Positions 39,923 to 55,209 are shown, counted from the first letter of the stretch. The stretch: DNA of 64,000 nucleotides from Dendrobates tinctorius (GCF_039654945.1 NW_027361770.1:24676001-24740000); one strand, 5' to 3'. Numbers and translations: made by a program. Notes: generated by a model not told the origin, from the letters alone.

Positions 39923-40101
39923 AACAACATGGGAAGGGAAGCAAAAGACCAGAAAAAGCCATACACCTGACAAATGCTTTTGAGAACTCTGCTATTAGAA
40001 GTGGAAAGGAAGAACAAAGACGAAAGAATCTAATTAATAAAAATATTGGAGAAAGAGAAACCAATCACAAACTAAAATGTTTCTATACTAATGCACAAAG
40101 C

Positions 40102-42832
40102 ATGGGCAACAAACAAGGAGAATTGGAACTACTAACACAGGAACAGAAATATGATGTAATTGGAATCACTGAAACTTGGTGGGACAATACACATGATTGG
40201 AATACAAGACTAGAAGGATACAACTTATTTGCAAGAAACAGACTTGATAAACGAGGAGGGGGTGTCGCATTGTATGTTCGAAACGCGTATATCTGCACAG
40301 AGATTGAAGCTTCAGAGACTGGGAGTTCTGTGGAAACTGTTTGGGTAAGAATACAAGGACAGAACAATGGAAAGGACACCATTGTAGGCATTTACTACAG
40401 GCCGCCTGTGCAAGCCGAAGATATAGATGAACTCTTTATGCATCAGATGGCCAAGTTCTCCAAAAAATATGACATAGTTGTCATGGGAGATTTCAACTAT
40501 CCAGACATTTGTTGGGAATCTCTCTCAGGCAAAACTAACAGGTCAAGGAAATTCTTATCCTCTCTTGCTGACAACTTTATCTTCCAAAAGGTAAGGGAGA
40601 AAACAAGGGGAACTGCTACCTTGGATCTAATCCTTATAAACAAGGAGGAAATGGTTGAGGAGGTAAAAGTGGCTGGGACCCTAGGAGGTAGCGACCATGC
40701 TATTTTAGAATTTTGGATTACTAGAGGTGGAAGACCTGTGAAGACTCAGACGTCAAGGTTAGATTTCAGAAAGGCAGATTTTAAGGGATTCAGAAAGAGA
40801 ATTGGAGGGATCCAATGGCTGGATATCCTTAAAGACAAAAATGTCCAGGAAGGATGGGAAATCTTGAAAAATGAAATTCTCAAAGCACAGTTGTTAACAA
40901 TTCCGAAAAGAGGGAAGAATAGGAAGCATTTAAGGAAACCAGGATGGATGAACACAGAACTTAAGCACATGCTAAAAAGGAAGAAAAAAATGTTTATAAA
41001 ATGGAAAGAGGGAGGCATATCTAAAGAAGAATATAATGCTGTCTGCAGAACCTGCAGGGCACAAATCAGATTAGCTAAAGCTGAAAATGAACTGAGGCTT
41101 GCAAGAGATGTCAAAAGCAATAATAAAGGATTTTGGGGATATGTCAAAAGTAAAAGAAAAGTCAAAGATGCTATAGGATTTTTACAGGATGAAAATGATG
41201 AAATGGTAAGACAGGATGTTGAGAAGGCTGAACTTTTAAATTCCTATTTTGCATCTGTTTTCTCTCAGAAAGGAAATGCAACATCAACTGTTATTCACTG
41301 TCCTATTAAGGGAATAGAAGAATCCAGGATATCTATAAACAGAAAGATAGTGAGGAAACACTTAGCTAACCTAAATGAATTCAAGTCTCCAGGTCCAGAT
41401 GAATTACACCCCAGAGTACTGAAGGAGATAGCAGAAGAAATTTTTGAACCCCTCTCCATAATCTTTGAAAATTCTTGGAGAACAGGAGAAGTGCCAGAAG
41501 ACTGGAGAAGAGCAAATGTTGTTCCTATCTTCAAAAAGGGGAAGAAGGTGGACCCAGGCAACTATAGGCCGGTGAGTCTGACTTCTATACCAGGAAAGAT
41601 CTTTGAACAAATTATTAAACAACATGTATGTCAATACCTGGATAAGAATGAAGTGATTAAACAGAGTCAGCATGGGTTTCTAACTAATAAGTCATGTCAG
41701 ACTAACTTAATTTCCTTCTATGACGGTATCACTGATTGGGTGGATCAAGGAAATGCTGTAGATATAGTATATCTTGACTTCAGCAAAGCATTTGACAAAG
41801 TCTCTCATACAATCCTTATTGAAAAAATGACTAAGTATGGAATGGACAAGGCAACTGTTAGGTGGATTCATAACTGGCTTAGTGATCGGACCCAAAGAGT
41901 GGTCGTAAATGGCTGCACATCCAGTTGGAAGAATGTCTCAAGTGGGGTACCACAGGGCTCTGTCCTGGGCCCTGTATTGTTCAACATCTTTATCAACGAT
42001 TTAGATGAAGGAATTGAGGGTAAACTGATTAAATTTGCTGATGACACAAAGCTAGGAGGGATAGCTAATACTAGAGAAGAGAGAGAGGATTCAAAAAGAT
42101 TTAAATAAACTGGAGAAGTGGGCAGCAACTAACAGAATGGTTTTTAACAGGGAGAAATGCAAAGTACTACATCTGGGCAATAAAAATGAAAAAAGCATAT
42201 ATAGAATGGGAGGAATAGGGCTAAGTGACAGCACATGTGAAAAAGACTTGGGTATACTAATAGATCACAGACTGAATATGAGTCAATAGTGTGATGCAGC
42301 AGCAAAAAAGGCAAATGCAATTCTAGGATGTATTAACAGAAGCATACAGTCTAGATCACGTGAAGTCATTATTTCCCTCTACTCCTCTTTGGTCAGACCT
42401 CATCTGGAATATTGTGTCCAGTTTTGGGCACCACATTTTAAAAAAGACATCAACAAACTGGAGCAAGTTCAGAAAAGAGCGACCAGAATGGTGACCGGTC
42501 TGCAAACCCTGTCTTATGAGGAAAGGTTGCAGGATTTGGGAATGTTTAGTTTGCAAAAGAGAAGACTGAGAGGAGACCTAATAGCTGTCTACAAATATCT
42601 AAAGGGCTGTCACATTGTAGAAGGATCAACTTTATTCTCATTTGCACAAGGAAAGACTAGAAGCAATGGGATGAAACTGAATGGGAAGAGACACAGATTA
42701 GATATTAGAAAAAACTTTTTGACAGTTAGAGTGATCAATGAGTGGAACAGGCTGCCACGAGAAGTGGTGAGTTCTCCTTCAATGGAAGTCTTCAAACAGA
42801 GGCTGGACAGACATCTGACTGGGATGATTTAG
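40102..42832 (+). pseudogene. CR1 ORF2 (endonuclease + reverse transcriptase)
   Basis: [32 protein letters not shown] and FADD motifs; frameshift near 42090 and a stop near 42287. Confidence 0.93.
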
Positions 42833-43612
42833 CGAATCCTGCTTTGAGCAGGGGGTTGGACCAGATGGCCCAGGAGGTCCCTTCCAACTCTACGATTCTA
42901 TGATTCTATGAGATTCAATAAAGGACTGTCATTATTTCAATTAAAGGACTTTATTCTGTGTGTGTGTTTTTTTATAATATCACTATTGAGTTATTAATAA
43001 AGGTGTCTTAAATACGCCTCTCCATTACTGACCTGTGGGCTTGATGTCATCTGACAAAACAAAGGTGACAACCCCCCAACCATTAACCCACTTGCCACTG
43101 CTACAGGGCAAGTAGGAAGAGCAAGGCTTAGAGCTGATAATTTACATCTGGGAGGGGGCCAATATCCATGGCTGCTTCCTAGAATCTTAATAATAGCCTG
43201 CAACTGTCTGCCTAGTCTTTGCTAGTTAAATTTTGTAGGGGAACCCTATGCCATTTTTTTTCTGGGGTCCCCCAGTAAACTAGCCAATAAAGGCTAAGCA
43301 AACAGCTGTGAGCTGATGTAAATAGTCTGGGAACCTTTATGGCTATTGGCTACTTCCCAGAATATTAACATCAACCCTCAGCCATTGGCTTTCCCTCTGC
43401 TGGTTATGAAAATTACATGGGAGCCCACACATTTTTTCTTCTTACTTTTGGAAAAATTAACACTTGCTGTTTAGTTACAGCCTATGTAGGTTCATTCTGT
43501 TAGTGTTCCTACATAGACTGGTTATAATGTGTGTGTGTGCGTGTGTGTGTTTGTGTTTACTTGCCAGCTTAGTAATGAGAGTGTCTGGCTGAAACGTTTT
43601 TATTACTAACTA

Positions 43613-44091
43613 AGGGTCCCATCTCACATAGCGATGCACCAGCGATCCCGACAACGATGCGACCTGGTCAGGATCGCTGGTGCGTCGCTACATGATCGCT
43701 GGTGAGCTGTCAAACAGGCAGACTCATCAGTGATCAGGACGAGAGAGCATGCTGGTATCCATGGTAAACAGTGGGTAACTAAGCACGCGCAGCGCTTAGT
43801 TACCCGCTGTGTACCCTGGATACCAGCTCCCAGCATCTGCTTACAGTGCTGGGAGTTCGCTGATCGTTGGTCTCCCGCTGCCACACACAGCGATGCGTGC
43901 TGGCCAGCAGGAGACCAGCGATCAGTAAATGGCCCAGAACATTCCTGCATGATCAGCGATACCCGACGGGGGGGGCGGTCACTGAGGTGAGCCACACACA
44001 GCGAGATCGCTGGCGAGATCGCTGTTGCATCACAAAATCAGTGACACATCAGCGATCTCGCTAGCGATCTCGCTTAGTGTGAAGTACCGCT
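43613..44091. mobile_element. Harbinger-type MITE related to 14175-14570
   Basis: Shares AGCGAT / ATCGCT motif arrays; TIRs degenerate and TSD not clean. Confidence 0.7.
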
Positions 44092-44663
44092 TAGAGCTTA
44101 GTGTCAATGATAGCTGCTGACACCAAGCAATAATTACATTACCCTGTTGCACTGCATCAGAAAAAAAAGGTTTTGAACCAAGAAAAAACATCAAAGAACT
44201 TTCTTTTTAAATATATTTATTTAGCTCAAAAAAGTCTTCATTGCTGTACAGAAATGCATGCAAAAAATCCATGGAAAAACACATGCAAAACTGCACCAAA
44301 AAACAGCAAAACACGCTTTTTTATCTAAGTGATTTTGATGCCAAGAGATGCAGAATCCTTGCACAAAATTTCTACAAGCAAAAACTCAATGTGTGCACAT
44401 AACCTAATGCTGGATTCACACTAGCTATATTTACATTCAGTCTGATTTTGCTCCTGCAAAGTCGGCCGAGTTTAACGCAAGTGTAATTCATTTTTTATAC
44501 TAGTACAATCCGATTTTTAACATCTAGCATCCGATTTACATCATAATGCAGTGCGATTGCTATGCAATTGCAATGCGATTTTAACATGAGCTTTTACATA
44601 GAGCAATTCTTTAAGTAATTTACGCATCGTTTTCATGGAAATATTCTTCAAAACACACATATA

Positions 44664-46298
<1,635 letters not shown>

Positions 46299-46299
46299 T

Positions 46300-46330
<31 letters not shown>

Positions 46331-47159
46331 AAGAAAGAAAGACACATAAATAAAAAACTGTGTACAGTAAAATCTCAGCAGGACCCTACAGGATAGGGAT
46401 AGAATAGATGGATTCCACAGAGTACGTAAACATAGAATAGATACTTTTACAGATGTCAGTGACATATGTAATCAGCTTACTGTACATGTACTTAATTATT
46501 AAAAGATTATTTTTCTGAAATAGATGGCGTAAGCTACCTCCTAATCTTCTTAATCAGCAGATGGAAAGTCGTCGACTAGGGGCACATATTTATAGTCTGG
46601 GAAGGGGGTAATATACCCATGGAGCTTCGCAGGCTATTAATATCAACTCACAGCTGATTGTATAAACACACACACCCAGAATAAATGACACAGACTCCTT
46701 TAACCCCTTCATGACCAAGCCTATTTTGACCTTAATGACCAGGCCATTTTTTGCAATTATGACCAGTGTCCCTTTATGAGGTAATAACTCAGGAACACTT
46801 CAATGGATCCTAGCGATTCTGAGATTGTTTTTTCGTGACATATTGGGCTTCATGTTAGTGGTAAATTTAGGTTGATAATTTTTGCGTTTATTTGTCAAAA
46901 AATCAGAAATTTGGTGAAAATTTAGAAAATTTTGCAATTTTCAAATTTTGAATTTTTATTCTGTTAAACCAGAGAGTTATGTGACACAAAATAGTTAATA
47001 ATTAACATTTCCCATATGTCTACTTTACATCAACACAATTTTGGAAACAAAATATTTTTTTGTTAGGAAGTTATAAGGGTTAAAAGTTGACCAGCGATTT
47101 CTCATTTTTACAATAAAATTTACAAAACCATTTTTTTAGGGACCACCTCACATTTGAAG

Positions 47160-50100
47160 TCACTTTGAGGGGTCTATATGGCAGAAAATACCCAAAAGTT
47201 ACACCATTCTAAAAACTGCACCCCTCAAGCTACTCAAAACTACATTCAAGAAGATTATTAACCCTTCAGGTGTTTCACAGGAACTAAAGCAATGTGGAAA
47301 GAAAAAATGGACATTTTAATTTTTCCAACAAAAATTTTCTTTTAGCATCAATTTTTTCATTTTCACATGGGAAACAGGATAAAATGGATGCTAAAATTTG
47401 TTGGGCAATTTCTCCGGAGTACAACGATACCTCATATGTAGTCATAAACCACTGTTTGGGTGCATGGCACGGCTCAGAAGGGAAGGAGCCCCTTTTGACT
47501 TTTTGAATGGAAAATATGCTGGAATATTTAGCGGTTGCCATGTCGTGTTTGGAGAGCCCCTGTGTGCATAAACATTGGAGCTCCTCCACAAGTGACCCCA
47601 TTTTGGAAACTAGACCCCCCAAGGAACTTATCTAGATGCATAGTGATCACTTTGAACCCCCAGGTACTTCACAAATTGATCTGTAAAAAAAACAAAACAC
47701 TTTTTTTTCACAAAAATTTTCTTTTAGCCTCAGTTTTTTCATTTTCACATGGGCAACAGGATAAAATGGATCCTAAAATTTGTTGAGCAATTTCTCCTGA
47801 GTGCACAGATACCTCATATGTGGTCATAAACCACTGTTTGGGTGCACGGCATGGCCCGGAAGGCAAGGAGCACCATTTGACTTTTTGAATGGAAAATTAG
47901 CTCCAATCGTTATCGGACACCATGTCGCATTTGGAGAGCCCCTGTGCACCTAAACATTGGAGCTCCCCCACAAGTGACCCCATTTTGGAAACTAGACCCC
48001 CTAAGGAACTTATCTAGATGTGTAGGGAGCACTTTGAACCCCCAAGTGCTTCACAAAAGTTTATAACACAGAGCAGTGAAAATAAAAAATAATTTTTTTT
48101 CCTCAAAAATGATTTTTAGCACACTATTTTTAATTTTCACAAGGCTAACAGGAGAAATTGGACCACAAATCTTGTTGTCCAGTTTGTCCTGAGTACGCTG
48201 GTACCCCATATGTGGGGGGGAACCACTGTTTGGGCACACGGCAGGGCTCAGAAGGGAAGGAGCGCCATTTGACTTTTTAAAATGCAAATTACTTCCAATC
48301 GTTAGCGGACACCATGTTGTGTTTGGAGAGCCACTGTGTGCCTAAACATTGGAGCTCCCCCACAAATGACCCCATTTTGGAAACTAGACCCCCTAAGGAA
48401 CTTATCTAGATGTGTAGTGAGCACCTTGAACCCTCAAGTGCTTCACAATAGTTTATGACGCAGAGCCGTGAAAATAAAAAAAAAATTTTTTCCCTCAAAA
48501 AATTATTTTTTAGTGCGCAATTTTTTATTTTCACAAGGGTACCAGGATAAATTAGATGCCAAAATTTGTTGTCCAGTTTGTCCTGAGTACGCTCGTACCC
48601 CACATGTGGGGGGGAACCACTGTTTGGGCACACGTTGGGGCTCGGAAGGGAAGTAGTGACATTTTGAAATGCTGACTTTGATGGAATAGTCTGCGGGTGT
48701 CATGTTACATTTGCAGAGCCCCTGATGTACCTAAACTGTGGAACCCCCCCACAAGTGACCCAATTTTGGAGACTAGACCCCCCAAGGAACTTATCTATAT
48801 GTGTGGTGAGCACCTTGAACCCCCAAGCGCTTCACAGAAGTTTATAACGCAGAGCCGTGAAAATAAAAAATATTTTTTTTTCCACAAAAAAAAAATGATT
48901 TTTAGCCAGCAATTTTTTTTTCACAGGGGTAGCAGGATAAATTGGCCCCAAAAGTTGTTGTCCAGTTTGTTCTGAGTACGCTGATACCTCATATGTGGGT
49001 GGGGACCACTGTTTGGGTACACGTCGGGGCTCGGAAGGGAAGTAGTGACATTATGAAATGCTGACTTTGATGGAATGGTCTGCGGGCATCATGTTACATT
49101 TGCAGAACCCCTGATGTACCTAAACTGTGGAACCCCCCACAAGTGACCCCATTTTGGAAACTAGACCCCCCAAGGAACTTATCTAGATGTGTGGTGAGCA
49201 CCTTGAACCCCCAAGTGCTTCACAGAAGTTTATAACGCAGAGCCGTGAAAATAAAAAATATTTTTTTTTCCTAAAAAAAAATGATTTTTAGCTAGCAATT
49301 TTTTTTTTCACAAGGGTAGCAGGATAAATTGGACCCCAAAAGTTGTTGTCCAGTTTGTCCTGAGTACGCTGATACCCCATATGTGGGGGATGACCACTGT
49401 TTGGGTACACGTCGGGGCTCGGAAGGGAAGTAGTGACATTATGAAATGCTGACTTTGATGGAATGGTCTGCGGGCATCATGTTACATTTGCAGAACCCCT
49501 GATGTACCTAAACTGTGGAACCCCCCCACAAGTGACCCCATTTTGGAAACTAGACCCCCTAAGGAACTTATCTAGATGTGTGGTAAGCACCTTGAACCCC
49601 CAAGTGCTTCACAGAAGTTTAGAACGCAGAGACGTGAAAATAAAAAATATTTTTTTTTCCTCAAAAAAAATGATTTTTAGCCAGCAATTTTTTTTTTCAC
49701 AAGGGTAGCAGGATAAATTGGACCCCAAAAGTTGTTGTACAGTTTGTCCTGAGTACGCTGGTGCCCCATATATGGGGGGGAACTATTGTTTGGGCACACG
49801 TAAGGGCTCGAAATGGAAGTAGTGGCGTTTTGAAATGCAGACTTTGATGGAATGGTCTGCGGTCGTCATTACGTTTGCAGAGCCCCTGATGTGCCTAAAC
49901 AATAGAAACCCCCCACAAGTGACCCCATTTTGGAAACTAGACCTCCCAAGTAACTTATCTAGATGCCTGGTGAGCACTTTGGACCCCCAAGTGCTTCACA
50001 GAAGTTTATAACGCAGAGACGTGAAAATTATAAAAAAAAATTTTTCCACAAAAATATTTTTTTAGCCCCCAAATTTTTATTTTCCCAAGGGTACCAGGAG

Positions 50101-50305
50101 AAATTAGACCCCCAAAGTTGTTGTGCAATTTTTCCTGAGTACGCTGATACCCCATATGTTGGGGTAAACCACTGTTTGGGCACACGTCGGGGCTTGGAAG
50201 GGAGGAAGCACCGTTTAACTTTTTGAATGCAAAATTGGCTGGAATCAATGGTTGCACCATGTCGCGTTTGGTGACCCGCTGATGTGCCTAAACAGTGGAA
50301 ACCCC
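47160..50305 (-). repeat. Tandem array of about eight ~388 bp units
   Basis: Anchor TTTTGGA(A/G)ACTAGACC near 47601, 47983, 48376, 48764, 49152, 49541 and 49928, with a degenerate copy near 47207. Confidence 0.92.
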
Positions 50306-50310
50306 TCAAT

Positions 50311-50816
50311 TCTAACTCCAGCCCTAACCCCAACACACCCCTAACCACAGCCCTAACCCCAACACATCCCTAACCCTAATTCCAACCCTAACCATAACCC
50401 TAACCCCAACAGACCCCGAACCCTAATCCCAACCCTAGCCATAACCCTAACCACAAGCCTAACCCTAATTCCAGCCCTAACCCTAATTCCAACCCTAACC
50501 CTAATTCCAACCCTAACCCTCTTTCCAACCCTAACCCTCTTTCCAACCCTAACCCTTTCCAACCCTAACCCTTTCCAACCCTAACCCCCTTTCCAACCCT
50601 AACCCTTTCCAACCCTAACCCTCTTTCCAACCCTAACCCTCTTTCCAACCCTAACCCTCTTTCCAATCCTAACCCTAACCCTCTTTCCAACCCTAACCCT
50701 CTTTCCAACCCTAACCCTCTTTTCAACCCTAACCCTCTTTTCAACCCTAACCCTAACCCTCTTTTCAACCCTAACCCTAACCCTAACCCTCTTTTCAACC
50801 CTAACCCTAACCCTAA
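50311..50816 (-). repeat. Telomere-like (CCCTAA)n tract with variants
   Basis: Directly visible, inside copy 2. Confidence 0.95.
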
Positions 50817-52484
50817 TGGAAAAAAAAAAAAAAAAATATTATCTTTATTTTATTAGTTCTGCCTACCTATGGGGGTGATAATCGGGGGGTTTATTTAATT
50901 TTTCTTTCATTTTGATCACTGTGAGAGTGATCAAAATGAAAGAATGGAATCTGCAGCAGGCAGATTCGGGCGGGCGCACTGCGCATGCGCCCGCCATTTT
51001 CAAAGATGGCGGCGCCCATCATCCGGACCCGAGGGACACCGGGAGGGACGGGGGGACACCGGAGGTACCGGGGGGGTGAGGGGGGGATCGGAGGCTGGCG
51101 GGGAGCAGAGGGAATGGGAGGGGGGCAGATGATGACAGCGGCGGCAGATCACCGCTGTCATTCAGTTGCGGGGGGGCGATCGCCAGTGGGGGGGGTGGAA
51201 TCGGTGTCTCCAGCCATGTCCGATGCTACAGCAGCATCGGACATGGCTGGATTGTAATATTTCATCAATTTTCATTGATGAAATATTACTATCGCTCTGA
51301 TTGGCTGTTTCACTTTTAACAGCCAATCAGAGCGATCGTAGCCACGTGGGGGCGAAGGCACACCCCCTGTGGTGAATTACAAAGCCCCCTGTATCTGCGG
51401 GTCGGGTGACCTTTCAGTGACCCCGGTCACCCGACCCGCAGGGGGGCTTTGAAGTCATGACGCCACATAGGCGTCACTGGTCAGATTTGAACCAGGTTTC
51501 ATGACGCCTATGTGGCGTCATTGGTCGTGAAGGGGTTAATAAATCTTAATGAAACCAAACTTACTGCATCACCCATTCCAGTGATGCAGTTATCCCCTGC
51601 AAGAAAATTAAAATAAAAAAGAGCAATGAACTCACTTCACCTAACTGACATCAGCAAGAGTGCCATCGAAAATTTCAGCGGCAATTATGCTGACATCAGT
51701 TAGATGAAGTAAGTTCATTGGCTGTGAACTCCCAGGGTCTTTCTGATGGAACTTTATCATGCTCACAGTGATGTCAGACAGGTTATAGGAGTTCACTGCG
51801 AGACACTAAGAAGTGGTAACAGACACTGCTCAGTGTCTCTGCTGGATGTCAGGTTGTATGGTCGCATCATGCAAGCATGCAGTCTGCCATCTAGATGTAG
51901 CAGAGCTAGACCGATCCTGGAACAATTGGATTATCATTTTCTCAGTGGACAGGTGAGGAATACTGTTGTTTGTTATTTTAATTATCTTGCAGGGGACAAT
52001 GCTGTCACTGGAATGGGCGATGTAGTAGGTATGGTTTCATTAAGATTTATTAAAGGAGTCTGTGTCATTCTTTCAATTAAAGGACTTTATTATGGATGTG
52101 TGTGTTTTTATACAATATGACTATGGAGTTAGTAATGGGGGTGTCTTATGGATGCCTCACCTCTGGGCTTGATGTCACCTGACAATACAAAGGTGACATC
52201 AACCCCCACAACTATTACCACACTTGCTACCACATCAGGGCAAGTGGAAGAGCAAGGCTAAGTGCCAGAATTGGCACATCTTTTCTGAGGCAGCTGACAG
52301 TTGATGTTTTTAGCCTGGGAAGGGCAATATCCATGGCCCCTTCCTAGGTTATTTATTCTAGCTCACATTTGTCTGGACAGCCTTAGCTGGTTATTAATTA
52401 TAGGAGCAGCATACATCATTTTTGGGGGGTCCCCTTTTAACAGCCAGTAAAGGCTAAGTATACAGCTATGAGCTGATATTAATT

Positions 52485-52627
52485 GCCTGGGAAGCTCCAT
52501 GGGTATTACCCGCTTACCAGCCTGGGAAGCTCCATGGGTATTACATGGGTATTACCCGCTTACCAGCCTGGGAAGCTCCATGGGTATTACCCGCTTACCA
52601 GCCTGGGAAGCTCCATGGGTATTACCC
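52485..52627 (+). repeat. 35 bp minisatellite, about 4 copies
   Basis: GCCTGGGAAGCTCCATGGGTATTACCCGCTTACCA repeated. Confidence 0.9.
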
Positions 52628-53904
52628 ATTTTCCAGGCTATAAACATCTACCCCCAGCCATCGGCTTTTCTCCAGATGGTTAAGAAAATTACGTAGGAGC
52701 CCACGCCATTTTTTTCCAAAAAATTAATCTTTGAATAATTAAATACATATTCTGTAAGCTGCACACACTGTACTAATTGTATTTGCCACTGACATCTATA
52801 TATCTATCTATTCTATGGGTATATACTGTATGTAATCAATCTATTCTATTCTGTCGGATCCTGCTGTGATTTTACTGAACAGTGTTGCGGAATTGCTGGC
52901 TTTTTATCTATCTTTCTAGCTATCTATTATCTATCTATTATATACTTTACTACTACTTTATCTACTTTAAAATAGTTTAATCGCAGCACAATTATTTTCC
53001 TGCACTCTTACCGAATTTTACCAACTTTTTCCAATTTTAAGAAAAAATGCTCATGTTTCAGATCACGAATCCGAATGTGCCATATTCATTGGGAATTTAT
53101 GTTTGGCAATTGTATTCCAAACATATTTGCTCATCTCTAATCACAATATTACATGAAGCAACTTACACGTTATTATAAGCTCATAGCATCACACCTGTTA
53201 GCCTTAGAATGTTGAAGAGACATTTATGTGCACAAATATATACATGATAATAATTTAAAATTGTATTATGAATTAATTGCAGAATAGACTGTAAGATGAT
53301 TGATAAAAATCTTTGAACATTCTAAAGGGGTTGTCTTGTTTTCATTAAAGGGAAAAATTGTAAACTTTGCAATTTGCCTCTTTAAAAAAATCTCCTCATT
53401 CTCAATAATGGAAAGATCTTTAACTTAATTGTGTACCTCTAATTGATTAGGTTACCCACCACCCTACAGAATGGTTGCTTACCAGGAAGAGAGGAGCAGG
53501 AGCAGCGCTTGCAGGGTCTTTGTTTTAGAGCCTGAAAGTGCTGCTCTGAAGCTGACCAGCCTCAATGTCCTTATGCTTCTCCCATGCTTTAGATTTAAAG
53601 CTACCTCTGCTGGTAAAATAGGAGTTTGCTGGTTTTCACTGTCATTCTATGGTAAAACATTGTCCCCCAACAAACAGGAACACAGGAGGCAGGGGCGCAG
53701 TGCACTCCTAAAGAAAGAAGATGAGAAAAAACTTTTAAATACCTTTTTGCTGAGATATACATTTTACAGTGAAGCCTGGTTAAACTGAAAGGCTGATCTC
53801 AGTTGATTTACCTGTAATAACAGTTTCAAAAGAGCATTTCTTACTTAGAGTCATTTTTTCTCTCTCCAGAGTCACTCTCTCTTCTGTAGTGTATAAGCTC
53901 TTAA

Positions 53905-54617
53905 AGGGTTTGTCCTCTATTTGGACAACCCTTTCTCAGTCCCTATGTTTCCCCTATGTAAAATACTAACAATTATTCTAACCTTCAGTACCCATGCCGT
54001 TCCAATTATATCAGCACTGGCTCTCTCCAGAATAGTGTGAAATTGTTATGTCATGCGATCCTTTTGGCCAATCAGCATTGGTTTCATTCTCCTCACCTTC
54101 CGACAAATCACATACATCTGGCGGTAGTTTGATATCAAGTCATATACCACAACCTATGGAACTTATTTATGGACTTCGTGCGCTGCTTAACAATAGACAC
54201 AATTCCAGTTGAGATGTAAGATTGATGTTTTATTTCCAACGCGTTTCGAAGTAAAAGTTACTTCTTCCTCAGGCGATGACAGACATGAAAAAATAGCGTT
54301 GTTTCCGACATATCGGCAGTCACTAGTTTGGCCCTTGGACGTGCAGCAGCTGAACACTTATTCTATGTGCTTTATCTCTCCTATAACAGGTGAGTAGATA
54401 TTATATATTTGTACATATTTTATCATCGGATAAGACCCTATTTGCGCTTTTCTCGTTCCTGTAGTACAAATCAACAAGCCACATGGCATGCAATCTGTAG
54501 GAGAGCCAGTACCAGCACCATTAGTACAGCGCCAGCCCGGAGAGGAGTAAAAGTTTTATTATTTTACACGGGAAAAGGCAGGATTCAGAAGGGGTTTCTG
54601 AGTAGTAAACAATCCCT
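53905..54617. mobile_element. T2/Kolobok-like MITE (degenerate), possibly with an internal insertion
   Basis: TTAA|AGGGTTTGTCC ... AAACAATCCCT|TTAA. Confidence 0.5.
54236..54273 (-). ncRNA. Minimal hammerhead ribozyme motif
   Basis: Minus strand C CUGAGGA A GAAGUAA-CUU-UUACUUC GAAA CGCG UU GG: CUGANGA core, perfect 7 bp stem II, GAAA, palindromic AACGCGUU, UH site. Confidence 0.7.
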
Positions 54618-54775
54618 TTAAGGTCAGCAGGTTACTTTCTCTTTTTCTCTTTTGTAGTGTGTATGTTTTAATGGAAGGTAGGGTAATCTCTTTGTCTCTC
54701 ACCTATAGAGTGCCAGCCCATATGATCAGCAGGGTTCTTTCTCAACTTACTCATGTGAATTTTCCAAGCATTTAA

Positions 54776-55209
54776 AGCCCTTTCTCACATAGAGAGATCG
54801 CTAGCGAGATCGCTGAAGGGTCACCGATTTTGTGACGCAACAGCAATCTCGCTAGTGATCTTGCTACATGTGAAATGCAGCGGCGATCGTGCTCGACTGG
54901 CCTGGGCCACTTTTTCATCATTGGTGTCCCTCTGGCCAGCGCGCATCGCAGTGTTTGACGCCAACAAGCTACCTCATTGGTGACGCAGAACACATGGACA
55001 CAGGAGGGAGTCGTCTGAATAGCCGCTGTGTGACAAGACACCAACGACTGCCGAGGTCATTGTATGGATCACTGGATCGCTGCTGCATCGGTGAGTATAT
55101 CTGTCTGTTTGACAGCTCACTAGCAACCATTTAGCGATGAACCAGTGATCCTAACCAGGTCATATCATTGTCGGGATCACTGGTGCGTCGGTAAGTGTAA
55201 CGGTACCCT
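54776..55209. mobile_element. Harbinger-type MITE (AGCGAT/ATCGCT family)
   Basis: Inverted-orientation relative of 43613-44091; degenerate TIRs. Confidence 0.65.

Larger units (their letters stand above)
39434..42910 (+). mobile_element. CR1 LINE (family 1), 5'-truncated
   Basis: ORF1 esterase remnant, ORF2 APE endonuclease and RT, (ATTCTATG)n 3' tail, candidate TSD AGATT. Confidence 0.95.
46704..51535 (-). mobile_element. Non-autonomous TTAA-specific (piggyBac-like) element, copy 2
   Basis: TTAA|CCCCTTCATGACC ... GGTCGTGAAGGGG|TTAA; same modules as copy 1 in reverse orientation. Confidence 0.87.
46301..52930. mobile_element. Long-inverted-arm non-autonomous element hosting the TTAA element copy 2
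   Basis: 46301-46700 plus 51540-51640 is inverted-similar to 51950-52930. Related sequence also flanks the CR1 at 39300-39430 and 42911-43560. True ends not defined. Confidence 0.6.
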
